Below are positions 51,501-61,982 of a DNA stretch of 64,000 bases, piece by piece. A model generated the notes under the pieces. That model was not told where the DNA came from. It searched no databases and was given only the letters and a program-made list of their open reading frames with translations. The stretch is from Torpedo marmorata (lineage: Eukaryota). The translations under genes and the position numbers were made by a program. Within the stretch, counting starts at the first letter, position 1, and the number at the start of each line of letters is the position of its first letter. The DNA is taken from contig OZ360235.1 of the NCBI GenBank assembly GCA_977017645.1, positions 48,050,001 to 48,114,000 of the forward strand, read 5' to 3'.

Positions 51501-52148
51501 TGCGTATATATGGTTCTGTTTGATTGGTATTGTTTTAAAAAAAATTTTTAAAAACATTACTTTTTTTTTTCTTTTCCTTTTTTATAGTTATAACATGTAC
51601 ATAGTGTTATTGATTGTCTTTGCAGTGATTGCAGAGTAGTGTGACTTCCGAGGGGTGGAATGTTGTGTGTGGAGGAAGCGTGGCCTCCCTGCCTGTCTGG
51701 AATGTGTGTATCGCGGGTGGTCACATGTCCTCCCCATCTGAAACTTATTCGGAAGTCACATCACCTGTCAATCAACGTTGGACTCCGGCCACCCATTAGT
51801 GCACACTGCCATTGGCTAATTTAAATAAACTAGGGTCATTATTGGCTAGAAACACAGATTAGCACTGTAAATAGCACCAGCGCACAGCACATTCTCTCTC
51901 TCTGCCTTGTGGTCCAAGCCTCGGACACCGCTCCATGCCAGGTCGCTACGGTGGAAGTGTCGCGGGTAAGGTGTGCACTACACTGAAGCTAAGCTGTAGC
52001 ATTGCGATAGATCAATACTTGCAGAGAGCCACACCCCCATTGGTACAGGGAACCGGGTGTGTGTAAGAGTCCCTGTTTGTAGTGTGTGAGCGTGTCAAGT
52101 AAAGGTCAGAGTCCAACCTAGGTCCGAGGTGAATATCTATATCGTTGC
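48553..52148 (+). mobile_element. LTR element with degenerate class III (ERV-L-like) gag and no recognisable pol or env; LTRs about 48553-48973 and 51661-52148
   Basis: Two direct repeats of about 420 bp starting TG; polypurine tract GAGGGGTGGAA directly before the 3' LTR; gag-like KVQAIV and KELTGLGDQYHQRPGEHLAMLLPRLWDEGG. Confidence 0.8.
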
Positions 52149-52151
52149 TTA

Positions 52152-53400
52152 AGTGATGGGCTCATCAACAAGCTGCTCCAAGAAGCCATCCCATAGGCAT
52201 TCCACAAACTCTCCCTCCTGGGAGCCCATACCGACCTGACTTTCCCAATCTACTTTCATGTTAAAATCCCCCATGATTATTGTAATGTTGTCCTTCTGAC
52301 ATGCCTTTTTTTTAAATTTCCTGGTGTATTTTGTAGTCGACATCCCGGCTGCTGTTTTGAGGCCTGCATATAACTGCCATTAGGGTCCTTTTACCTTTAC
52401 TGTTCCTTAACTTAACCTATAAGGATTCTACCCGTTCTGATCCTATGTCACTTCTTTCCAATGATTTGATATTGTTGTTTACCAGCAGAGCCATGCCGCC
52501 CCCTCTGCCTACCTGCCTATCCTTCCGATACACCGTGTATCCTTGGACGTTCAGCTCCCAATGACACCCATCCTTTAGCCACGACTCAGTAACGGCCACA
52601 ACATCGTACCCTCCAATCAGTAATTGTACCACAAGATCATCCACCTTGTTTCTAATACTGCGTGCATTTAAGTATAATACCTTTAGACCAGTTTTTGTAT
52701 GTTCTGTGTCTCTGTCATCCCTCTGGTTGCAATTTTGTCCCATCACCTGCTTGTCATTCTTGCTGCACACTATCCTTGATTTATTTCTATTTTGCCCTTC
52801 ATCAGCTCTGACACTCTGGTTCCCATCCCCCTGCAAAATTAGTTTAAATCTTCCTTAACATCCATATTAAACCTGCCTGCCAGGATATTGGACCCCTTTG
52901 GGTTTAGGTGTATTCCATCCTTTTTGTATAGGTCATACCTTCCCCAAAAGAGATCCCAGTGATCCAAGAATCTAAAGCCCTGCCCTCTGCACCAGTTTCT
53001 CAGCCACGCATTTATCTGCCTGATCTTGCTATTTTTGCCCTCACTAGCATGAGGCACAGGCAGTAATCCTGAGATTACCACGCTGGAGGACCTGCTTCTC
53101 AGCTTCCTTCCTAATTCCTTGTATTCTCCCTTCAGGACATCCATACTGATCTTTCCTATGTCACTGGTATCAACATGTACCAAAATTTCTGGCTATTTAC
53201 CCTCTCTCCTCAGAATGTTTTGGACCCGATCGGAGACATCCCGTACCCTGGCACCTGGGAGGCAACACACCATCCAGGTGTCTATCAGGCCTGCAGAATC
53301 TCTTTTCCATCCTCCTCACGATAGAATCACTGATCACAACTGCATGTTTCTTCACCTTCTGCATCACAGTGCCAGACATTGCCTAATTGCCTTAATCAGA
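52152..53400 (-). mobile_element. CR1 LINE 5' part (ORF1 esterase-like remnant and start of the ORF2 endonuclease)
   Basis: VVISGLLPVP...FLDHWDLFW...DGIHLN; LKVLYLNARSIRNKVDDL...VTESWL; IIMGDFN. Confidence 0.9.
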
Positions 53401-53931
53401 CTCAATCCTAATTACCTGTCTGCTCAAAACCAGCAGTGACAGAAGGGGTGTCATCAGTGGTGCTATAAAAGGCATTTACTTACCAAAACATGCTCACTGA
53501 TGTTCGGTTTAGGTATTTCCAGCGCCACCGAGATCTCATCAGACTTGGATCAAACAGCAGAATTCCAGATCTGAAGATACTGTTTCTGATTTGGAGGTTC
53601 AATCACTTCTAAAGTTTGGAAGTGAAACTGTAAATTTGTTCTACTACCATTCCATACTGCCATTAATGAAAATTAAAATGCCTGATTCTAATGTCATTAA
53701 ATGATTCAAAGGCTGAAAGCAGAGTACAGCTCTAGTGGTTCACAAATTGAAAGAATTCCCAGTGAATTCATAGCAGTTGTTTTGTTAGGACATTGTTGAT
53801 ACTTGCTTCATTGCAAGTATCAATGAAGAAATCACTACATTATTTGCTTGGACATAGTTCTAGTCAAGGAATTTCATTCATATTGATAGAAGATACACAA
53901 AACTAATGTTCTACTGCACCCTCTCGAAGTA

Positions 53932-54187
53932 AAATTTAAATTTAGACATACAGCACGGTAACAGGCCATTTCGGCCCACGAGTCCGTGCCGCCCAATTTA
54001 CACCCAATTAACCTACACCCCCGGTACGTTTCGAACGGTGGGAAGAAACCGGAGCCCCTGGGGAAAACCCATGCAGACACGGGGAGAATATACAAACTCC
54101 TTACAGACAGCGTGGGATTCGAACCCTGGTCCCAATCGCTGGCGCTGTAAAGGTGTTGCGCTAACCGCTATGCCAACCGTGCTGCCC
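53932..54187 (-). mobile_element. Young V-SINE copy immediately downstream of the NDUFB2 poly(A) site
   Basis: A/B boxes, V domain and (AAATTT)n tail. Confidence 0.88.
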
Positions 54188-54219
54188 ATGATCTAAAACA
54201 AAGTAGAGAATACTAAATT

Positions 54220-54320
54220 TTAGTACTATATAGTTAATATATTTATTCCAATTTAATTTACAATAAGATAGCTTCTCCAAGCGTCAGGTGAAGTTCCCCC
54301 GAAATACCATGAAGGAAACA
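54220..54320 (-). other. NDUFB2: Probable non-coding terminal (3'UTR) exon of NDUFB2
   Basis: Strong minus-strand acceptor attttttgtttttctttcag| at 54321 and AATAAA (plus-strand tttatt) at 54242-54247. The 3' end is approximate. Confidence 0.7.
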
Positions 54321-54760
54321 CTGAAAGAAAAACAAAAAATATATACTTGTGATTTCCAAGTTTTTAATAAGTGCAAATGTTTACAAAAGAAAACTACTGT
54401 TCCCTTTCAGCTTGGTGGACAAGAGTAACACTGGAAGCATGCAGCATAGAAAGATTGAGAGTTTATTCCGTGGACTCTGCTGCTAGCCAATCTTAAATCG
54501 AGAGAGAGAGAGATAGGACTGCTTATACTTTACAGATGCCAATTTAAAGATGAAGTAATCGAATTGGACTGCTCTGTACTTGCATCCAGTTGGAATTTGA
54601 ATTAATCTGGTTGCTGGGCACGAATGAGATTAAATCATGTGGTGATGCTCATCAGTTAAATAGTTTCTGAGCAGTCAGCATCTCAGTGCAGACTTGAGAT
54701 CTGCTTGCTCTCTTGAAACCAACTCCACTTTCAGCTCCATGTTTAGATCTTACAAAAAAT

Positions 54761-57700
54761 GGGGCAGAAAGAAAGACAACAGAATTAACAGGGCAGTAAG
54801 CTCAGGAAGGGATCGGAGAGCATGGCCAAGTGCGATAGGAATTGATGTGAAAGGGGAGGGGAGTAATGGATTAAAAGTATATATGAATGCGAAGAAATAA
54901 AGTGGATGAACTTGAGGCTCAGTTGGAAATTGGAAAGTATGTTGTCTTTCTTTCTGCCCCGTTAATTCTGTTGTCTTGTCCAACATCTTGCTTTGGAAAA
55001 TTTTAAGCCTTTTTTGTAAGATCTAAACATGGAGCTGATAGTGGAGTTGGTTTCAAGAGAGCAAGCAGATCTCAAGTCTGCACTGAGATGCTGACTGCTC
55101 GGAAACTATTTAACTGATGAGCATCACCACATGATGTTGTTGGAATAACAGAGACATGGCTGCAAGAGGACCAGGGCTGGGAAATGAATATTCAAGGCTA
55201 TACATCCTATCGAAAGGACAGACAGGTGGGCAGAGGGGGTGGAGTGGCTCTGTTGGTGAGGAATGAAATTCAGTCACTTGCAAGGGGTGACAGAATCAGG
55301 AGATGTAGAGTCAGTATGGATAGAACTGAGAAATTGTAAGGGCAAAAGGACCCTAATGGGAGTTATCTACAGGCCCCCAAACAGTAGCCTGGATATAGGG
55401 TGCAAGTTGAATCAGGAGTTAAAATTGGCATGTCGTAAAGGTAATGCTACAGTTGTTATGGGAGATTTCAACCTGCAAGTAGACTGGGAAAATCAGGTTG
55501 GTACTGGACCCCAAGAGAGGGAGTTTGTGGAGTGCCTCAGAGATGGATTCTTGGAGCAGCTTGTACTAGAGCCTACCAGGGAGAAGGCAATTCTGGATTT
55601 AGTGCTGTGTAATGAATCGGATTTGATAAGGGAACTCGAGGTAAGGGAGCCATTAGGAGGTAGTGACCATAATATAAGTTTTAATCTACAATTTGAGAGG
55701 GAGAAGGGAAAATCGGAAGTGTCAATATTACAGTTGAACAAAGGGGACTATGGAGCCATGAGGGAGGAGCTGGCCAAAGTTGACCGGAAGGATACCCTAG
55801 CAGGGATGACAGTGGAACAACAATGGCAGGTATTTCTAGGAATAATACAGAAGGTGCAGGATCAGTTCATTCCAAAGAGGAAGAAAGATTCTAAGGGGAG
55901 TTTGCGGCTACCGTGGCTGACAAGGGAAGTCAAGGACAGTATAAAAATAAAAGAGAAGAAGTATAACATAGCAAGGAAGAGCGGGAAGCCAGAGGATTGG
56001 GAAACTTTTAAAGAGCAATAGAAGATAACTAAAAAGGCAATAAGGGGAGAAAAGATGAGGTACGAAGGTAGGCTAGCCAAGAATATAAAGGAGGATAGTA
56101 AAAGCTTCTTTAGATATGTGAAGACGAAAAAATTAGTTAAGATCAAAGTTGGGCCCTTGAAGACAGAAACGGGTGAAATTATTATGGGGAACAAGGAAAT
56201 GGCAGAAGAGTTGAACAGGTACTTTGGATCTGTCTTCACTAGGGAAGACACAAACAACCTCCCGGATGTAATAGTGGACAGAGGACCTAGGGTAACGGAG
56301 GAACTGAAGGAAATTCACATTAGGCAGAAAATGGTTATGGGTAGACTGATAGGACTAAAGGCTGATAAATCCTCAGGGCCTGATGGTCTGCATCCCAGGG
56401 TACTTAAGGAGGTGGCTCTAGAAATCGTGGACGCATTGGTCATCATTTTCCAATGTTCTATATATTCAGGATCAGTTCCTGCGGATTGGAGGGTAGCTAA
56501 TGTTATCCCACTTTTTAAGAAAGGAGGGAGAGAGAAAACAGGGAATTATAGACCAGTTAGCCTGACATCAGTGGTGGGGAAGATGCTGGAGGCAATTATA
56601 AAAGATGAAATAGCGGCACATTTGGATAGCAGTAACAGGATCGGACCGAGTCAGCATGGATTTACGAAGGGGAAATCATGCTTTGACTAATCTTCTGGAA
56701 TTTTTTGAGGATGTAACTAGGAAAATGGACAAGGGAGAGCCAGTTGATGTAGTGTACCTGGACTTTCAGAAAGCCTTTGATAAGGTCCCACATAGGAGAT
56801 TCGTGGGCAAAATTAGAGCACATGGTATTGGGGGTAGGGTACTGACATGGATAGAAAATTGGTTGGCAGACAGGAAACAAAGAGTAGGGATAAACGGGTT
56901 CCTTTCAGAATGGCAGGCAGTGACAAGTGGGGTACAGCCTAGGGATAAACGGGTTCCTTTCAGAATGGCAGGCAGTGACAAGTGGGGTACAGCAAGGCTC
57001 GGTGCTGGGACCGTAGCTGTAATGATTAAGATGAAGGGATTAAAAGTAACAATAGCAAATTTGCAGATGACACGAAGCTGGGTGGCAGTGTGAAATGTGA
57101 GGAGGATGTTATTAGAATGCAGGGGGACTTGGACAGGTTGGGTGAGTGGGCAGATGCATGGCAGATGCAATTTAATGTGGATAAATGTGAGGTTATCCAC
57201 TTTGGTGGCAAGAACAGGGAGGCAGATTACTATCTGAATGGTGTCAAGTTAGGAAAAGGGGAAGTGCAACGAGATCTAGGTGTCCTTGTTCATCAGTCAA
57301 TGAAAGTAAGCATGCAGGTACAGCAGGCAGTAAAGAAAGCTAATGGCATGTTGGCCTTCATAACAAGGGAAGTTGAGTATAATAGCAAAGAGGTCCTTCT
57401 GCAGTTGTACAGGGCCCTGGTGAGACCACACCTGGAGTATTGTGTGCAGTTTTGGTCTCCAGGTTTCAGGAAAGATATTCTTGCTATTGAGGGAGTGCAG
57501 CGTAGGTTCACGAGGTTGATTCCCGAGATGGCAGGACTGTCATATGTAGGAAGATTGGAGCGACTGGGCTTGTATACACTGGAATTTAGAAGGATGAGAG
57601 GTGATCTGATTGAAACATATAAGATTATTAAGGGATTGGACACACTCGAGGCAGGAAACATGTTCCCGATGTTGGGAGAGTCGAGAACCAGAGGCCACAG

Positions 57701-57983
57701 TTTAAGAATAAGGGGTAGGCCATTTAGAACGGAGTTGAGAAAAAACCTTTTCACCCAGAGAGTTGTGGATCTGTGGAGTGCTCTGCCTCAGAAGGCAGTG
57801 GAGGCCAATTCTCTGGATGCTTTCAAGAAAGAGTTAGATAGAGCTCTTAAAGATAGCGGAGTCAAGGGATATGGGGAAAAGGCAGGAATGGAGTACTGAT
57901 AGTGGATGATCAGCCATGATCTCAGTGAATGGCGGTGCTGGCTTGAAGGGCCGAATGGCCTACTCCTGCACCTATTGTCTATT
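54761..57983 (+). mobile_element. CR1 LINE with a nearly complete but disrupted ORF2 (endonuclease and RT), in the NDUFB2 3'UTR intron
   Basis: ORFs 55263-56021, 56055-56690 and 57090-57899 with YRPP, GDFN, SDH, NYRPVSLTS, DFQKAFDKV; in-frame stop, frameshifts, and a 54-bp tandem duplication (56885-56938 / 56940-56993). Confidence 0.95.
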
Positions 57984-58582
57984 ATCCCTTCGGCTTTTAA
58001 GAAAATTGATACATGCATGATCAATTTCTAAGATTATATTCACATGAAGGAAGAACAACCAATACTGAGAAACGTGACAAAACTGCATAATGTGAGTTTA
58101 TTGTCATCTACACAAGTACAGTGCACTAAAATTCTTACTTTTTTCAGCTAAACAGGTACACAAGATGCACCAACTACAATAGTAAAGCAGTACAAGAAAA
58201 AAAGGCAAGATACAGATAAATAAAATCTACATTGTGGAAGCATTTATGCTCATGGGACACTAGCACAACAATGTGATTACTGTGGGTAGGGAGGGACTAA
58301 TAATTTTCTTTGTTCTTTGTTGATTGGGCCAAAAAGGGAACTAAGCACAATTCAGATTCAAGGTGTTTTTGTTGAAACAAAGTACACACCAGTAATGCAT
58401 AATTTTTCTTGACAGTTAGTTAAAGTCTGGAGACAGCACCCCATTGTAGGTTTGATGGAAGGATGGAAATTTAAACAAAACCATGTTGCTTGTTCAAAGG
58501 TAATAAAAGCCTTTGATAATTCTTCAACTCTGCAGGCACAATCAATTCATTTACTTACCTTTTTCAAAAAAGCACCTTCTAG

Positions 58583-58657
58583 TTATTCCTCGTCAATTGG
58601 AGGTATGCCCAACTCCTCATCAGTCCATTTGGAGGGGTCAGGGTAAGGGAAATGACC
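58583..58657 (-). CDS. NDUFB2: NDUFB2 (complex I subunit B2/AGGG) last coding exon, GHFPYPDPSKWTDEELGIPPIDEE*; full exon 58559-58657
   Basis: Minus-strand acceptor cattttgttattacag| and donor AAG|GTAAGT. The peptide matches the recalled NDUFB2 C-terminus GHFPYPDPSQWTDEELGIPPDDED. Upstream exons were not found and presumably lie beyond 64000. Confidence 0.93.
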   Translation of the reverse strand, partial: GHFPYPDPSKWTDEELGIPPIDEE

Positions 58658-58811
58658 CTGTAATAACAAAATGCCAACTTTTACTGCATGGGTGATGGGG
58701 ATGGTTGCTTGAAGCCACTTCTATCTAAATCATTATTTAAGACATTGAGGAAACACAAGGAACTTTTAAAATTAAATCTTGTCCAGGTGTGCTGAGATTT
58801 ACGAAGAAATA

Positions 58812-59549
58812 CCGTATATTTCGGCGTATAAGTCGACCCTTGAAACCCTCAAAAATGTCTCAAAAAACGGGGGTCGACTTATACGCCGGATATACTTTTG
58901 AGACCTTAAAATCAGCTCAAAATCGAGTTCACGCCGATTCGGCGTATAAGTCGACCCCTGAAAACACGATTCAGCGTATAAGTCGACCCCTGAAAACACG
59001 ATTCAGCGTGTAGGTCGACCCTGGAAGCGCCTCCCCACCGCCGGCGCCGCCTCTCCACGACACCTCCCCACCGCCGGGCGCCGCCATAAACCACCCAGAC
59101 ATTCTACAATTGTAGAGCCCGAGCTCCCCGCTCCTGCTCGGGAGAAAGACGTCCCCGCTCCTGCTCGGGAGAATGAGCTCCCCGCTCCTGCTCGGGAGAA
59201 CGAGCTCCCCGCTCCTGCTCGGGAGAAAGACGTCGCCGCACCTGCATCTTCCCGGCCAGAAGCAAAGGTTTTTTTTACTGTTTTTTTTAAAACTTACCGG
59301 TACTTGCATAATTTACAGCTTTGTTACTTGGCGATTGGGATGTTGTAACAAATTTTGGGTTGTTGCTGGGAGGCCCAGACAGCCTGAAAATTGGGGGTCG
59401 ACTTATACGCCGGTCAATGCGCAACATCTCAGGCATCGCGATTTTTGGGGGTCGACTTATACGCCGGATATACCATAAAACCATTAAATTGAGGCTGAAA
59501 AAGGGGGGTCGACTTATCTGCCGGTCGACTTATACGCCGAAATATACGG
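58812..59549 (-). mobile_element. pogo-family MITE, same family as 61983-63371
   Basis: TIR CCGTATATTTCGGCGTATAAGTCGAC at both ends, TA TSDs, subterminal GTCGACTTATACGCC repeats, and internal GC-rich repeats of about 25 bp (59120-59230). Confidence 0.92.
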
Positions 59550-61982
59550 TAATTACCGGTAGTTATTTATATTAACAGAAAATCAAACTTTAATAAACTA
59601 CCTTCATGCACTGCCATTAAGCCATTGACTAATTAGGCTTTACTACAGATACCTTTGACAGCAATGTTTGTCCACACATTCTTTTAAACTGTCTCTGGAT
59701 AACCGCCCATAGTCAAAGCTCAAGCATTTACCTTTTGGTATTATGTGGCTGTTAAGTTGCATACATTATGCTGACAACACCTTTAAACTACTCATAATAC
59801 AAAAGTTCCTTTTCTTGTTCTAAAGTAATATTATCTATAGCTGTAGACCAGCTCAGCCCCTCGGGTTAGAGCTGAATAAGAATTATTGAGCAAAATTAAC
59901 ATCACAAAATTAACTAACACTATATTTTTATTAACCTTAAATGACCTCGACAATGTAAGAAATATTAGCATAACAGATTTTTTGAGTTTATTGAATTCTG
60001 CTGCCCCTATTCATCCAATAACATTGACCATTTTTAAAAAACTAATTTTCAGCTCGATTTCAATCACTTTTCTCTCTAATCTCCTCCAGTTCTAAAACTC
60101 TCCAAGAACTTTGCATCCTATTCTGGTCCTTCCCTCACATTGCATTTTAACACCTTTAAGCTTTCTTTGTGGACCACATTGCTGCTCATCTGTTCTTCTA
60201 TGGCATGGCTTAAAATGTTAGCCGATGCTGTACTTGTGCACAGGTATTGGGATGGCCTCTAAGTTGATTAATGCAAGACTGCCCCCAAGTTATTAGGTTC
60301 AAAATCAGTCAGTCTTATTGAATGTTTGCAAATTCTTCTTAAAACTTACAAACCCTAGAAGTATACCCGAAATCATAAAAATATTACTATTTAATTAAAT
60401 GAGCTTTACTTATCTTTTTTCCAAGCAGCTAATTTTTTTCAATTTATTTGAATGGAAATACTGTACTTTGGGCAGTTCTCTAGCCTAATAGCTGCGTAGC
60501 CTGCAAAAACCCGTGTTGTCTCATTGAGCTCTATGGAAAGCCTAGTGTTGCAGCACACGGGCAGTTAGTTCTCTAGGTTCAGTCCCACACTGGTGCTGGA
60601 AGACCAAACTTCTACAAAAACTACAAAGACTTGTTTTCCTTTCACATTACGACTCCAATTAAATAATTTGAAGGTTAAGCTGTCTGTAATTTATTTTACA
60701 TTTCAAAAAAATTGAGAGACAATACCACGGAATCAGAAAGAGAGCATGAAATAACTGAGTATGAGAAATGTCAAGATACATTACTTAAATAACAGATCTC
60801 TAAAAAGAAACGAATCTGCAAATTGAAAGTGAAGATGAAGTATACAGTAGTGTGAAAGAATAAGTTTAACGAATATGCTTAACAAAGGGTTAATAAATTA
60901 GGTGAAAAAATACAGTAGTTGCCTTATAACATGGTGGGAATGTAATTGCTTTCTAACATGACCTTCCCTGTGCTGTAGTGAGATAGTAACTAACACCACA
61001 AATAATGCAGTAATGTAAATACACCAAGAGTAAGGACACCCTGACATTTCCCAGCCGTCTGCAGACACCACAAGGGAACATGGTGTGTAAAAACAAGTAT
61101 CGCCAGAGGTGTGAAACTCGTGTGAAACTTGTAGGGCAGGGTGGGCAACCTACGGCCCACGATCCAAATTTATCCAGCCCGCGACCTCACGTGTGCAGGG
61201 CGAGGAGATATTAATAAACATCTCGGTGGCGTGGAGTTGTCCAGTCGGCGCGGACCAGAGCAGGGGGCACGGGACGCTCTCGTGGGGGAATTAAGTGGCT
61301 CAAAACGAATGGTCGCTGAATCCTGCGTTGGTTTTAACAAGTACCGTGGGACTTGCAGAGGGGGGGGCAACTCGGGAGTTTCCTCCCTTCGCGGACAGCG
61401 CCCTCGATACAATGGGTGCGCGGTGGATCTGTCAACAGGGGCGCAGGTCCAGGGCAAGGAGCCGTCCCTTGTCACTCCAGCCACCGGGAAACCACACGGG
61501 AAGCACGGCCGTGAACGCCAGCAAGAAGAAAGGGGGGGGGGGGGATGAAGAGGAACAAGCGGTGCATGTTGTGCCTGAATATCCAGGTAGGTGGATGTTG
61601 TCGCTGCTGCTGCCGCAGCCGGAGCGGTGGGGCTGAGCAGGGAGGGGGAGTGGATGTGAGCCGTGGGCGAGGGAAGGAGGGCCCGGCCAATCGCTGTGTG
61701 GCTGTGAGCTCGCCTTAATATGGGCAAGTTGGTGCGGGGGAAAGATAAACGCGCCAAACACCAACTCAAACAAAGTCATCTTTACCGGAGCGAATTAAAG
61801 GCTGGGGCAACTGCTTGACATCTAATGTCGACAGCTCAAACCCCCAGCTAATCGGCTTTATTAGAGTTAAACGCACGTAAACATAGTGCGAGGTCCATCT
61901 TGTTACAAATTCAAACCAGCAACGACAGAAGACGCAATGCAAAAGAGGTAAAATTGAAATTTATATTTATTAAAGACAATTA

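Noticed and set aside
61432-61568. Signal-peptide-like minus-strand ORF (MHRLFLFIPPPP...)
   Set aside because: It depends on the length of a G homopolymer, ends quickly and has no recognisable homology; covered under the CpG-block finding.
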